Source: Candidatus Kaiserbacteria bacterium CG10_big_fil_rev_8_21_14_0_10_47_16
GTDB taxonomy: Bacteria > Patescibacteriota > Minisyncoccia > Phycocordibacterales > UBA918
Direction: 5' to 3'
DNA length: 64,000 bases
Assembly (NCBI GenBank): GCA_002773395.1
Contig: PFBI01000006.1
Coordinates: 12,049 to 76,048, forward strand
Every line of letters starts with the position of its first letter. Position 1 is the stretch's first letter. The translations under genes and the position numbers were made by a program. Shown piece after piece: positions 14,774 to 25,451 of the stretch. The notes beneath the pieces were generated by a model. It had not been told where the DNA came from, searched no databases, and worked only from the letters and a program-made list of their open reading frames with translations.

Positions 14774-17422
14774 CTATTTCTTCCTGAGCATCTTCTTCAG
14801 GTACTGCCCGGTGTATGATTTTTCAGTATTCGCAACTTCTTCAGGAGTTCCCTTTGCTACAATGTTCCCTCCACCAGCTCCGCCCTCAGGACCAACATCG
14901 ATAATGTAGTCGGCACATTTAATAAGATCGAGGTTATGTTCAATTACCATTACGGTATTACCGCGGTTTACGAGTTCTTGCAGAATTTCAATAAGCTTCT
15001 TTACATCCTCATAGTGAAGACCGATGGTCGGCTCATCGAGAAGGTACATGGTCTTTTGTGTATGTGGACGATAGAGTTCTGAAGCAATCTTTACACGTTG
15101 TGCTTCTCCTCCTGAGAGCGTTGTTGCGCTCTGGCCGAGTTGAAGATACCCAAGTCCCACGTTGAGGAGCGAATAGAGACGATCGTAAATTGCCGGCACA
15201 TCAATGAAGAAATCAGCAGCCTCCTCAATGGTCATATGAAGGATCTCGTCGATGTTCTTTTTCTTATAGGTAACCTCAAGTGTTTCCTTGGTAAATCGCT
15301 TTCCATCGCAGACATCACAGGTTACATACACCGTTGGGAGGAAGTGCATTTCTACTGCAATCATTCCGTTCCCTTGGCATGTCTCACAGCGACCGCCCTT
15401 TACGTTGAATGAAAATCGTCCCGGCTTCCACCCACGAGCGCGAGCTTCGCTACTGGCTGCAAAGAGATCACGGATGTGCGTAAATGCTCCTGTGTACGTC
15501 GCAGGGTTACTGCGTGGCGTACGACCGATTGGAGACTGATCAATGAGGATTGTGCGTCCAAGATACTCCGTACCCGTGAATTCTGTTGCGTTGTACGTAT
15601 GTGGCGTACGATACTTTCGCTCCAGCCGTGATTTGAGGTTGCGGTGAAGTATTTCATACATAAAGGTAGATTTCCCAGAACCAGATACTCCGGTGACCGC
15701 AATTAAGCGTCCGAGCGGTATATCAACATTCATGTTTTTAATATTGAATGCCTTCCCACCACGAACTTTGATGGAACCTTTTTCTCCCTCACGTCGTTTT
15801 TCAGGTATTTCAATACGTTTGTCTCCTCGGAGATAATCGAGCGTAATTGATTTCGATGGATTTGTTTTTGCAGAGAGGAGCGGTTCGAGTTCTCCTGCAA
15901 CGACAACTTCCCCGCCGTGCGTCCCTGCACCTGGGCCAATATCAACAATATAGTCTGCAGCAAAAATAGTATCCTCATCATGTTCGACCACAATAATCGT
16001 ATTTCCAAGGTCACGAAGGCCAGTGAGTGTTTTGATGAGCCGGTCGTTGTCTCGTTGGTGAAGACCGATGGTCGGCTCATCGAGAACGTAGAGCGCTCCT
16101 ACAAGACCTGACCCAAGCTGTGAGGCGAGGCGAATACGCTGTGCTTCTCCTCCTGAGAGTGTGTTGGCACGTCGATCGAGTGTAAGGTACTCAATACCCA
16201 CATCAATCATGAACTGCAGACGTTCAATAATTTCGCGAAGTGCTGGCCACGCGATTTCCTGATCTTTCTTAGAGAGCTTGAGGTTTACAATAAAATCAGC
16301 AGCGTCCTTCACGGTCATTGAGGTGAGGTCGACGATGTTTTTCCCAAGGTCGTTTCCACTTCCACCGAGATACACGCGGAGTGCTTCTTTACGGAGGCGA
16401 GCGCCATGACATTCAGGACATTCGTCACTTTGGAAGATACCCGTAACACCGAGACCATTACATTCAGGACAGGCGCCGTATGGAGAGTTGAATGAGAAAA
16501 GGCGTGGTTCAACTTCAGGGAATGATGATCCGTCTGCTGGACAGATGAACTTTGCAGAAAGCGTACGTTCGCTGCCATCGGGATTTTCGATTTTAATCAA
16601 ACCGTTTGATTCCTTGAGCGCAAGTTCGACTGCTTCTGAAAGTCGCTCGCGGGAACCCTTTGGGTCGTCTCTGAATTCGCTCACATAGATTTCATCGACG
16701 AGGAGATCGATATCATGTCGCTTTGTTTTCGTGAGTGCTATTTTTTCTCGAAGACTCTTTATCTCACCATCGATTTTGACGGTCTCATACCCTTTTCCAA
16801 GAAGGTCGTAGAGCATCTGGTAGTACTCTCCCTTTCGCCCAACGACGAGTGGTGAGAAGATCGCGACTCGTGCAGATGAGATAGGGACTCCGAGCACGTC
16901 CTTACTTCCCTTTGCGTTTTTAATCTCCTTCCCTTCGATTGACTTGAGAACGATCCCGAGGATTTCATCCTGAGAGAGCTTTTCGATTTTTATATCGACA
17001 TCAAGACAATATGGTTGCCCGATACGTGCGTAGAGGATACGAAGGTAATCGTATATTTCAGTAATGGTCGCGACGGTTGAGCGTGGATTTCGTGATGCAG
17101 ATTTTTGATCAATTGAAATGGCTGGAGAGAGACCCGAGATTTCATCAACATCAGGCTTTTGCATTTGCTTGAGGAATTGCCTCGCATACGCAGAAAGAGA
17201 CTCAACGTAGCGGCGCTGTCCTTCGGCAAAAATAGTATCAAACGCGAGTGATGACTTCCCTGACCCTGAGAGACCAGTAAATACCACCATTTTATTGCGT
17301 GGCATTTCGACATCTACATTCTTAAGGTTGTGCGTGCGAGCACCCTTAACAATGATCTTATCCTCTTTATTTCCAACGTTTGTTTTTGTAGTTTTCTTTT
17401 TTTCAGCCATTTTATGAGCCAT
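14774..17422 (-). CDS. uvrA: excinuclease ABC subunit A
   Basis: [58 protein letters not shown]; two ABC modules, zinc fingers. The start was taken at [10 protein letters not shown] (GGAGGG upstream); the alternative starts are 17410 and 17452. Confidence 0.9.
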   Translation of the reverse strand: MAHKMAEKKKTTKTNVGNKEDKIIVKGARTHNLKNVDVEMPRNKMVVFTGLSGSGKSSLAFDTIFAEGQRRYVESLSAYARQFLKQMQKPDVDEISGLSPAISIDQKSASRNPRSTVATITEIYDYLRILYARIGQPYCLDVDIKIEKLSQDEILGIVLKSIEGKEIKNAKGSKDVLGVPISSARVAIFSPLVVGRKGEYYQMLYDLLGKGYETVKIDGEIKSLREKIALTKTKRHDIDLLVDEIYVSEFRDDPKGSRERLSEAVELALKESNGLIKIENPDGSERTLSAKFICPADGSSFPEVEPRLFSFNSPYGACPECNGLGVTGIFQSDECPECHGARLRKEALRVYLGGSGNDLGKNIVDLTSMTVKDAADFIVNLKLSKKDQEIAWPALREIIERLQFMIDVGIEYLTLDRRANTLSGGEAQRIRLASQLGSGLVGALYVLDEPTIGLHQRDNDRLIKTLTGLRDLGNTIIVVEHDEDTIFAADYIVDIGPGAGTHGGEVVVAGELEPLLSAKTNPSKSITLDYLRGDKRIEIPEKRREGEKGSIKVRGGKAFNIKNMNVDIPLGRLIAVTGVSGSGKSTFMYEILHRNLKSRLERKYRTPHTYNATEFTGTEYLGRTILIDQSPIGRTPRSNPATYTGAFTHIRDLFAASSEARARGWKPGRFSFNVKGGRCETCQGNGMIAVEMHFLPTVYVTCDVCDGKRFTKETLEVTYKKKNIDEILHMTIEEAADFFIDVPAIYDRLYSLLNVGLGYLQLGQSATTLSGGEAQRVKIASELYRPHTQKTMYLLDEPTIGLHYEDVKKLIEILQELVNRGNTVMVIEHNLDLIKCADYIIDVGPEGGAGGGNIVAKGTPEEVANTEKSYTGQYLKKMLRKK

Positions 17423-17520
17423 TACCCTCCATATACGCAATCCCCGGTGCATGTTGGCACCGGTTCAGTAGTAGTTCTATTATACGCACATCCTCAAACT
17501 TCTCAAATAAAATTAAAGAG

Positions 17521-17547
17521 ACCCCGGATCAGTCTGATCCGGGGTCG
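17521..17547 (-). terminator. intrinsic terminator (stem gaccccggatc/gatccggggtc) ending a ~270-nt untranslated segment downstream of uvrB
   Basis: On the minus strand the hairpin is followed by tctctttaattttattt. Confidence 0.55.
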
Positions 17548-17814
17548 ACGACGGTTTTTACCATTGAGACACAACCGTCCAATGTTCTCAGTGGCAAGAT
17601 CTCGAGTACAAGCTGGGGGCTCGATCCTTATGTTCCCAGCAGCGCACCCCTTCCCGCGAAGTGCTACGGCGATCGCTAAAGGGATCTAAGACAGGGCCGT
17701 ATTCTCTCATGCCTTTGCGTCGTAAAGCCGAGATGTCCGCGCTGTGCGGATTGCCGACTCCTCACGGCAGCCTCCTGTGCGGTAAACGTACCCTATTTAC
17801 AGAAATACGCAACT

Positions 17815-19851
17815 TTATTTCTTCTTTTTCTTTGAGTCTATTTCTTCAAGGGCGGCGATTTCGTCTCGAATAAGGGCAGCTGTTTCAAAGTCGAGAATCT
17901 GTACCGCTTCTTCCATTTGCCTACGCTTTTCTTTCAGGAGTTTCTTCGGGTTCTGTTTGTAGAGGTCTGCGTCAATGGTAAGGAGCGTATGCACTGCAGC
18001 TTGGTGCTCGGTACGAAGCTGGCCAGTAATATCTTTGATTTCTTTTGCAATCGTAATCGGCGTGATCCCGTGCTCTTTGTTGTATGCAACTTGAATTTTA
18101 CGACGACGGTTCGTCTCACCAACCGCTTTCTCAAGAGAATTGGTCATGTGGTCGGCATAGAGTACTACTCGTCCGTTCACGTTACGTGCAGCGCGTCCAA
18201 TCGTTTGAATAAGTGAGGTCTCACTACGGAGGAAGCCCTCCTTGTCTGCGTCAAGAATCGCGACGAGCTCCACCTCAGGAAGATCGAGCCCTTCTCGGAG
18301 TAGGTTGACTCCCACGAGACAGTCAAATTCTCCACGACGGAACGAAGTCAAAATCTCAATACGTTCAATCGTCTTAATGTCTGAGTGAATGTACTTTGTA
18401 TTAATACCTTTTTCGGTAAGGAAGTCAGTGAGGTCTTCTGCCATCTTTTTCGTAAGCGTTGTGGTAAGGACACGTGCTCCACCAGCAATAATCTTTGTTG
18501 CTTCTTCAATGAAGTCTTTTACTTGGCCTGGATAACTCCCTGTGCCCGTCACCGGACGAATATCAATCTCAGGATCAACAAGGCCTGTCGGACGAATGAT
18601 CTGATTGGCGATTTGTCCGTGTGGCGGAATTGCTCGCTCGAGTTCGTACTTCCCTGGTGTTGCAGAGGTAAAAATCATTTGTCCTACACGCGCTTCAAAT
18701 TCTTCAAAATTAAGTGGACGGTTGTCGACTGCACTCGGAAGTCTGAATCCAAATTCTACAAGCGTCTTCTTTCGTGACTGGTCACCTGCGTACATGGCGC
18801 CGAGCTGCGGCATCGTTACGTGCGATTCATCAACAATGGTGAGGAAGTCAGGCTTACCATCTTTTGTGTGAGGGAAGTATGAGAGAAGCGTGTGCGGTGC
18901 GTCTCCTGGCTTTCGGCCATCAAAGTGGCGTGAATAGTTTTCAATACCGTTGCAGTATCCAACTTCACGAATGAGTGCGAGGTCGTGGTCAGTACGACGC
19001 TTAATGCGCTCTGCTTCCAAGAGCTTCCCTTCTTTCTTAAATTTCTTTAGCTGCGCATCGAGCTCTGCTTTGATATCAATGATCGCTCGCTTTCGCTCCG
19101 TTTCGGGCGTCACAAAGTGCTTTGCAGGAAAGAGATAGAATACGTCTGCCTCTTCAATAATGGCGCGCGATACGGCATCAATCTTTGTAATATCAGAGAT
19201 ACTGTCCTTAGAAAAACTGAGACGATAAATTACTCGTTCGTTCGTCGGCATGATTTCAATCGTATTTCCCACCGCGCGGAAATGCCCCGGCGTTAAGTCG
19301 GCGTTGGTACGCTCAAAGTACATATTCACGAGCGTACGGAGCATTTCCGCGCGTGTTGTCTTAAACCCACGTTCAATCTTTTGGTGTACTTTCTCATATT
19401 CCTCTGGTGAACCGAGACCGTAAATACATGAAACGGACGCAACGATGATTACATCCTTACGCGTCAGGAGTGCTTGTGTTGAGGCGTGACGAAGCCGATC
19501 AATTTCTTCATTGATCTGCGCTTCTTTCTCAATATAAGTGTCAGACACCGGCATATATGCTTCCGGCTGGTAGTAGTCGTAATAGGATACGAAATAGTGC
19601 ACTTCGTTGTTTGGGAAGAAGTCGCGGTATTCCTGTGCAAGCTGGGCGGCAAGCGTCTTGTTGTGCGCAATCACCAAGGTTGGCTTTTGAATCTGCGCGA
19701 TCACGTTTGCAGCGGTAAAGGTCTTTCCTGAACCGGTAACACCAAGGAGTGTCTGGTGTGTCATCCCAGATTTAATGCCCTTTACGAGCTTCTCAATAGC
19801 CTTCGGTTGATCCCCCGCCGGCGTTTTGTCTGTCGCAAGCTCAAATTTCAT
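17815..19851 (-). CDS. uvrB: excinuclease ABC subunit B
   Basis: MKFELATDKTPAGDQPKAI...TLLGVTGSGKTFTAANVIAQIQKPTLVIAHNKTLAAQL...YFVSYYDYYQPEAY. The start is chosen by alignment to the UvrB N-terminus. Confidence 0.9.
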   Translation of the reverse strand: MKFELATDKTPAGDQPKAIEKLVKGIKSGMTHQTLLGVTGSGKTFTAANVIAQIQKPTLVIAHNKTLAAQLAQEYRDFFPNNEVHYFVSYYDYYQPEAYMPVSDTYIEKEAQINEEIDRLRHASTQALLTRKDVIIVASVSCIYGLGSPEEYEKVHQKIERGFKTTRAEMLRTLVNMYFERTNADLTPGHFRAVGNTIEIMPTNERVIYRLSFSKDSISDITKIDAVSRAIIEEADVFYLFPAKHFVTPETERKRAIIDIKAELDAQLKKFKKEGKLLEAERIKRRTDHDLALIREVGYCNGIENYSRHFDGRKPGDAPHTLLSYFPHTKDGKPDFLTIVDESHVTMPQLGAMYAGDQSRKKTLVEFGFRLPSAVDNRPLNFEEFEARVGQMIFTSATPGKYELERAIPPHGQIANQIIRPTGLVDPEIDIRPVTGTGSYPGQVKDFIEEATKIIAGGARVLTTTLTKKMAEDLTDFLTEKGINTKYIHSDIKTIERIEILTSFRRGEFDCLVGVNLLREGLDLPEVELVAILDADKEGFLRSETSLIQTIGRAARNVNGRVVLYADHMTNSLEKAVGETNRRRKIQVAYNKEHGITPITIAKEIKDITGQLRTEHQAAVHTLLTIDADLYKQNPKKLLKEKRRQMEEAVQILDFETAALIRDEIAALEEIDSKKKKK

Positions 19852-19922
19852 TACGCGAGTATAGCATAAATTGACAATCATTCTCTGGTGTTCTATGGTC
19901 TGTATAGAAAAAGGAGGTCGTC

Positions 19923-20417
19923 ATGCAAATAACGTTGCCCCAGCTACTTGTATCTGTTGCGGCGAAAATGGAGCGCGAAGTTTCAGCAATGAAGCAGCGT
20001 AAAACGAGTCCTGAAGAACGAAGAGAGATTCTCAAGTCTTTTCAAAAGACCATGTTCATTTCAGACAGCGATATCGAAGAAGTGATTGTCTATCTACAGA
20101 CAGTGGAGACCGGCGGTAGTTTCATTGAAAACGATGCACTCCCCCTTCTCAATGAAATTGTAAATGAAGGGAGAAAGCTTCTGAACGAATATCAAGAAAA
20201 GTACGATAGCATTGAATCAGAAATTTCAAAAATTCACTTTCTTTCAGAGACAGAGAAAAAAACGCGAGCTCTTGCCCGTACACTCCCTCTCGTCAGGGAT
20301 ATTAATAGGCAGCTCATGGCAAAGCTCGTTTACATTGGAGTATTGCCTGATGATGCCCGAAAAATCATCAGCGCCTTGTATGATGAAAGGATAGAAAAAG
20401 CCGGCAGTCTCTCGTAA
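19923..20417 (+). CDS. hypothetical protein (164 aa, predicted helical)
   Basis: Strong SD AAGGAGG 6 nt upstream. Terminator downstream. No recognisable motif. Confidence 0.5.
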   Translation: MQITLPQLLVSVAAKMEREVSAMKQRKTSPEERREILKSFQKTMFISDSDIEEVIVYLQTVETGGSFIENDALPLLNEIVNEGRKLLNEYQEKYDSIESEISKIHFLSETEKKTRALARTLPLVRDINRQLMAKLVYIGVLPDDARKIISALYDERIEKAGSLS

Positions 20418-20439
20418 AGTACGAATGTCTGACGGTGTT

Positions 20440-20472
20440 GCAGCGTGCCCAGTGGGGGTGCGCTGCTTTTTT
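20440..20472. terminator. intrinsic terminator (gcagcg...cgctgc + TTTTTT) shared by convergent genes
   Basis: Hairpin then T6, overlapping the tgt stop. Confidence 0.5.
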
Positions 20473-21679
20473 ATGCATTTAGAATTTCTTCTCGGAGCCT
20501 CTTTGTGAAATTTACGATGACGTAGAGGTTGTGGAGTGATGCGAGATGTGCACCAAGCATTTCCTGCGCGCGGAAGAGGTGCGCGAGATACGCTTTGGTG
20601 TAGTTCGTACACACGTAACAATCGCAACCCTCATCAACGCTACTAAAATCACGCTGGTACTTTGTATTGAAAAGATTGGTCTTTATGATTTCACCCTCTT
20701 TGTGCTCATAGATTGTCCCTGTACGTGCAAGACGTGTTGGTGCAACACAGTCGAACGTATCGCAGCCGAGTGCAACGGCCTCTCTAATATCGTTTGGTTC
20801 ACCAATACCAAGAAGATGACGGGGTTTATCTTCTGGAAGAATTTCGTTTACCACGCGGATTGCGTCGCCGAGATCATCTTTTGAGAACGAGCCGCCAATT
20901 CCATAACCATCAAAATCCATATCACTAAGCACTCGAGCACTTTCTGCACGAAGATCAAGATGACGCCCTCCTTGTACGACGCCGTAGAGACCCTGCTTCT
21001 TCAGCGCTTCATAGTTTTGCTTGTGCGCAAGAATAGATCGCTTTGCCCAACGGTGTGTACGATCCATTGCTTCCTTTTGGTACTCATAGTCCGCTGTAGG
21101 CGACGTACATTCATCAAATGCAAACATAATATCTGCACCAATTGCATGTTGTATTTCAATAGATCGTTCAGCAGTAAAACGATGGAGCGATCCATCGTGA
21201 TGTGAGGTAAAGGTTACCCCTTCTTCATCAATAACACAGAGCTTCCCATGACTCTTTGCAAGATCCTTTGAGTAGACATTGAGCTCGGTCTTCTCCCCTT
21301 GTTTTTCTTCCGGTACGTCCCCACTTGCGAATTTCGTCACACCTTTTCCAAAAGCTGCACCAAGTGAAAATACTTGGAATCCACCTGAGTCAGTAAATGT
21401 CGGCATGTTCCAGTTTGCAAATTTGTGAAGTCCGCCAGCTTCTTCTACGATTTTGTGCCCTGGCTGAAGATAGAGATGGTACGTGTTGGCGAGTGCCGCC
21501 TGATTACTTATGTACTCCTTCATGTCTTCGGGCTTGATTGATTTGACCGTACCCTTTGTACCAACCGTGATAAAAGCTGGTGTTTCAATATCACCATGGG
21601 GCGTAGAAATAACACCAGCCCGGCCTAGTGTGCCGGGCTGTTTCTTAACAATTTTAAATGTAATGGGTCGATCACTCAT
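20471..21679 (-). CDS. tgt: queuine tRNA-ribosyltransferase
   Basis: FTDSGGFQVFSL, LLGIGEPNDI, C-terminal zinc site CDCYVCTNYTKAYLAHLF. Confidence 0.9.
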   Translation of the reverse strand: MSDRPITFKIVKKQPGTLGRAGVISTPHGDIETPAFITVGTKGTVKSIKPEDMKEYISNQAALANTYHLYLQPGHKIVEEAGGLHKFANWNMPTFTDSGGFQVFSLGAAFGKGVTKFASGDVPEEKQGEKTELNVYSKDLAKSHGKLCVIDEEGVTFTSHHDGSLHRFTAERSIEIQHAIGADIMFAFDECTSPTADYEYQKEAMDRTHRWAKRSILAHKQNYEALKKQGLYGVVQGGRHLDLRAESARVLSDMDFDGYGIGGSFSKDDLGDAIRVVNEILPEDKPRHLLGIGEPNDIREAVALGCDTFDCVAPTRLARTGTIYEHKEGEIIKTNLFNTKYQRDFSSVDEGCDCYVCTNYTKAYLAHLFRAQEMLGAHLASLHNLYVIVNFTKRLREEILNA

Positions 21680-22206
21680 TATTTAACCTCGAGGAGTTCA
21701 ATGGAGAACACAAGGACAGAATTCGGTGCAATAGGACCTACCTGTGCATTTCCGTATGCCATTTCTGCTGGAACAACGAGAATGCGTTGACCACCAATTT
21801 TCATACCGAGGATTCCTTCATCCCAACCTTCGATAACCTTTCCTGTACCAACGGTGAATGTGAATGGTTCGCCACGTTCGTATGAGCTGTCGAATTTCAC
21901 ACCCTCCTTCGTAGTACCAACGTACTGTACGGTGACCGTGTCCCCCTTCTTAACCTCAGGACCTGTTCCTGCGCGAACATCATCAATGATGAGTTTCTTG
22001 AGATCACCTTTTGTCGTTGCCGCTTCTGAAACTGCGTCAGCAATACTAACGTCGTCGCCTGTTGCAACAACAACTGCACTTGATTGTGAACCGCCGCCAA
22101 GCTGTGCAACCGCATCTCCAATATTCTGAAATTGAAATATAGCGAGTACAAGCGCCATAAACGCGATACTTAAAAAGATTCCTATTGCTTCATGTTTATT
22201 TACCAT
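21679..22206 (-). CDS. FKBP-type peptidyl-prolyl cis-trans isomerase, membrane-anchored
   Basis: N-terminal TM. GDTVTVQYVGTTKEGVKFDSSYERGEPFTFTVGTGKVIEGWDEGILGMKIGGQRILVVPAEMAYG. Confidence 0.8.
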   Translation of the reverse strand: MVNKHEAIGIFLSIAFMALVLAIFQFQNIGDAVAQLGGGSQSSAVVVATGDDVSIADAVSEAATTKGDLKKLIIDDVRAGTGPEVKKGDTVTVQYVGTTKEGVKFDSSYERGEPFTFTVGTGKVIEGWDEGILGMKIGGQRILVVPAEMAYGNAQVGPIAPNSVLVFSIELLEVK

Positions 22207-22260
22207 ATTCTATATCGTTACGTACCTGACACTATACTGTAAATACACCATTACGCAACC

Positions 22261-23274
22261 TTACCGCGGAAGTGTAAAGAAGTCCTTGGAGAAGCTTTTC
22301 GTCGATGGATTTCGAGCGAATACACTCTGTAGGAGAGCTTTTGCCTCATTTTGATTCATGATATTTGGCTGACTCGGTGAAGCGACGCTCGTGATTGGTA
22401 TGAGGGTGAACGTTATATCCTTCTCACTCACCGTAAGCTCTAGGAGAAGTCCTTCCTGGGTTTCTCTACTGAAGTCCTGATCGAAGACAAAATTCCCGAG
22501 TGAATAGAAAATAGCACGACCGTTATATATTTCAATATCTTGCACTATATGCGGATGCATACCAACGATAACGTCGGCACCACTCTCTATGAGGGAATGT
22601 GCGATCGATTCTTGCCGCGGTGTGTGAATTGGTTCGTACTCTTCTCCCCAGTGCATATATGCGATTTGTATATCACTCTCATGCTCGAGTCGAACCAGTG
22701 CCGCTTTCGCCGCAGTTACGTCGAGTGGCACACTTATGTCATTGAGTGCCAATAATCCTATACGTACTCCTTTCTGCGTGACCACACGTTCTTGAGGTAC
22801 ATTCGGATGACCGACGCAGACGAGCTCTGCATCTCTGCAGGAATCTTTTGTATTTAAAAATCCGTCAGCACCAAAATCAAACGTATGATTATTGGCAAGT
22901 CCGAGGATATCGAAACCGTTGTCCGCTAATACAATAAACGATGACTGCTTCGCAGAGAGCTGCATTCCCATCGAAGGTGTCCGCACATGTACATTTGGCG
23001 ATGCTGCTTCGAAGTTGCCGATGGTGAGATCGGGCTTGGTAAGGAGTGCTTGGGTACCCAGAAATGGGTAGTTACTCCCCCGACCTTCCATTCTAATTTC
23101 AACTGCTCTCCCCATCATAATATCTCCCGTAAAGAGAAGACGGAGCGGAGGGTTGTCAGAAGTCGTTACCGAGTGTGGAGCTAAAGCAAAATAAACCTCT
23201 TTAATCGGAAGAAAGAAAATTGCTACTGAAACGGCAACGATACCTGTAATGAGTGCTGCTAATCGCATACGCAC
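22261..23274 (-). CDS. CapA/PgsA-family metallophosphatase-like protein
   Basis: LANNHTFDFG, GMHPHIVQDIEIYNGRAIFYSLGNFVFD; N-terminal TM. Confidence 0.7.
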   Translation of the reverse strand: MRMRLAALITGIVAVSVAIFFLPIKEVYFALAPHSVTTSDNPPLRLLFTGDIMMGRAVEIRMEGRGSNYPFLGTQALLTKPDLTIGNFEAASPNVHVRTPSMGMQLSAKQSSFIVLADNGFDILGLANNHTFDFGADGFLNTKDSCRDAELVCVGHPNVPQERVVTQKGVRIGLLALNDISVPLDVTAAKAALVRLEHESDIQIAYMHWGEEYEPIHTPRQESIAHSLIESGADVIVGMHPHIVQDIEIYNGRAIFYSLGNFVFDQDFSRETQEGLLLELTVSEKDITFTLIPITSVASPSQPNIMNQNEAKALLQSVFARNPSTKSFSKDFFTLPR

Positions 23275-23308
23275 AACCTACGCTATTTAAGAGAATATTC
23301 AATAGTGC

Positions 23309-23731
23309 CTACACCGGCAGTTCTGAAACGTAGAAGAAGCCCGCACCGAAGAGATACATTGCGGCAGTCACCGCAACTGCAGCAAGAATGAGTGCGCTCA
23401 CGAGAATTGCGAACGTGTGAGACTCTTCTTTCTCGACGACGCGCTTACTATAGTAGGCAGTAACATTTTCATCTTTTGAATGAATATTGATACCGAGGAG
23501 CGTTGAGAGTACTTTCGGTGAAACGCGAGAATCTGAATGAAAGAGCTTGCGTGCTGCCACCACATGCACGTCTTCTGTTTCCGTCTGACCACGAAGGACC
23601 AAGAGCGCCACTTCTACATCATCATCTTGCCAACGAGCCGATATAAGCGCAGTTCGAATTTCTTCGTCGGGTGAATCGGGCGGTATACCGTTGATGCGGA
23701 GGAAGTTTTCGATATGCGCTTTTTGAATCAT
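23309..23731 (-). CDS. hypothetical tail-anchored membrane protein
   Basis: 140 aa with a C-terminal TM (FAILVSALILAAVAVTAAMYLFGAGFF). No known motif. Confidence 0.45.
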   Translation of the reverse strand: MIQKAHIENFLRINGIPPDSPDEEIRTALISARWQDDDVEVALLVLRGQTETEDVHVVAARKLFHSDSRVSPKVLSTLLGINIHSKDENVTAYYSKRVVEKEESHTFAILVSALILAAVAVTAAMYLFGAGFFYVSELPV

Positions 23732-23740
23732 AGGTAAGTA

Positions 23741-24784
23741 TTATTGACTGGGGTTTGGATTGTGTGCCATATACAGTTCAATGAGCACTTTGAACAAACT
23801 CAATATGACGGGGCCGACCACGAAACCAATTGGACCGAAGAATGCGAGTCCCCCAAGAACGGAGAGAAGTATGAAAAACGGATGGAGTGTCCCTCCGCGA
23901 CTGATGATGTACGGACCGAGGAGATTATCAATGAGTCCCACTGCAAGGGCTGCCCAGATAGAGAGACCGACGGCAGAGAGGTATGAGCCAGTCGCAAGAA
24001 GATAGATAATCGCAGGAATGAATACAACAGATGTGCCGATACCTGGAATGAGCGCTCCGAACGCCGCTATCGTTCCCCAGAGAACGAATCGATCGAATCC
24101 AAAGATAGCAAAGCCAATAGCAGTGAGTGTTCCTTGGATAAGCGCTACAAGGACCGTACCGAGTGCAACCGATCGGATTGAGCGTGCGAGTCGTTTGAGG
24201 ATAGCACTGTCTTGTTCGTCAGGAAGTGGGCTGACACGAATGAGGTACTTCGTGAACTCTTTTCCATCACGGAAAAAGTAGAATGTTGAAATAAGAGTAA
24301 GGAAGAAAAGGAAGATAGTTGACGCGGTTCCCGTAAAGATGGCAGCGATGTTTGAGGTAATGAGACGAGCTCCTTGTTGAATATACCCAGCAAGATCGAG
24401 TTTGAACGATGGAATAACGCGTTGGACAATATGTTCAACATTGACGATGCCTTGCTGCAGTGCAATCGAGCTGTCTGGTTTGTTGACGAGAGAGTAAATT
24501 TCCGCGGCCTCTCTAAAGATGAACATCCCGAGAATGCTGAGCGGGATAAGAAGAATACAAACCACGAGAAATGTGGTGATGAGTGCAGCAACTGAAGAAT
24601 TGTGCCGCGGAGTCATTATTCGCACTCGTTCATATATTGGATAGCAGATGGTGGCAATTATTGCCGCGAGTGCGACTGCAGTACCAAACGGCATGAACAT
24701 TTCCCATAAGAGGAAGCCGGCAAATCCGAGTAGACCAAAGAAAAATACATATTCAATAATACGTCCCGAAATCATTAGCTTCAT
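23741..24784 (-). CDS. AI-2E family transporter (PerM/UPF0118)
   Basis: 8 TM pattern with a C-terminal G-rich segment GPIGFVVGPVILSLFKV. The listed ORF start (24850) is a TTG inside the terminator T-tract; ATG MKLM at 24784 follows a TATAAT box. Confidence 0.75.
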   Translation of the reverse strand: MKLMISGRIIEYVFFFGLLGFAGFLLWEMFMPFGTAVALAAIIATICYPIYERVRIMTPRHNSSVAALITTFLVVCILLIPLSILGMFIFREAAEIYSLVNKPDSSIALQQGIVNVEHIVQRVIPSFKLDLAGYIQQGARLITSNIAAIFTGTASTIFLFFLTLISTFYFFRDGKEFTKYLIRVSPLPDEQDSAILKRLARSIRSVALGTVLVALIQGTLTAIGFAIFGFDRFVLWGTIAAFGALIPGIGTSVVFIPAIIYLLATGSYLSAVGLSIWAALAVGLIDNLLGPYIISRGGTLHPFFILLSVLGGLAFFGPIGFVVGPVILSLFKVLIELYMAHNPNPSQ

Positions 24785-24847
24785 TATATCAGATGCCGGA
24801 GAGAAGATGTCGTTCTTACCGGCAGCGTAGATGTGTACAGGAGAATA

Positions 24848-24876
24848 CAAAAAAGCCGCCCGGAGGCGGCTTTTTT
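24848..24876. terminator. bidirectional intrinsic terminator (aaaaaagccgcccggaggcggctttttt)
   Basis: Perfect hairpin with A and T tracts. Confidence 0.7.
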
Positions 24877-24889
24877 GTATGGAGAGCGG

Positions 24890-25183
24890 TTACTTCATCG
24901 CGAGAGTTGGACTCCAACACGCTGAAGACGCAGACCATGGTTGTGTACCCTGTTTCTCATAGAGATACCGGGCATATGCCATGTTGTCGTAGATGTTTGT
25001 CAAATCGAGTCCAAGTTCCTTAGCTTTGGCACCGTGATAACGCTCGTTAATTTGCATTACCCCCATGTCAGCTGAGTCAACTTTTCCGCGAAGAACAGAT
25101 CCATCTGCGAGTGTTTGTCGATATTGCGATTCACAACGAGCAACCTGGATCATTACCGGAACATCGCTGAAGTAGTGACGCAC
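24890..25183 (-). CDS. small lytic-transglycosylase (SLT/lysozyme-like) domain protein; the reading frame stays open upstream to 25330 and encodes a signal-peptide-like segment with no canonical start codon
   Basis: ARCESQY...GVMQINERYH resembles the SLT E-S...GLMQ motifs. The upstream in-frame translation is DLWLILSSVFAAILAVSNITAAVPVAEA. Confidence 0.5.
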   Translation of the reverse strand: MRHYFSDVPVMIQVARCESQYRQTLADGSVLRGKVDSADMGVMQINERYHGAKAKELGLDLTNIYDNMAYARYLYEKQGTQPWSASSACWSPTLAMK

Positions 25184-25451
25184 AATACGTTCTACATCGG
25201 TTGAGTCAGTAATGGTTGGCTGAACAGTTTCAATAGCACCATACGATGCTTCTGCTACTGGTACAGCCGCAGTAATGTTTGATACAGCAAGAATTGCTGC
25301 AAAGACACTGGATAAAATAAGCCAAAGGTCTTAATTAACAAAAAACGGCCAAAGCCGCTTAGGCGTCCATTATAGCATGCCTAGTCTAAATGTCAAGTTA
25401 TACAATAAATATTCCGCTCGTCAATGGTCTTTAGACCCTTATTTTAAGCCT

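Noticed and set aside
17453-17814. Identity of the uvrB-uvrA spacer as RNase P RNA, tmRNA, SRP RNA or a cobalamin riboswitch (a GCCACTG B12-box-like heptamer is present)
   Set aside because: It lacks the P4/CR-II motifs, a tRNA-like 3' end, a tag-peptide frame and the GGAAGGAAGCAGC SRP motif. The B12-box resemblance is limited to 7 nt and the genomic context does not fit.
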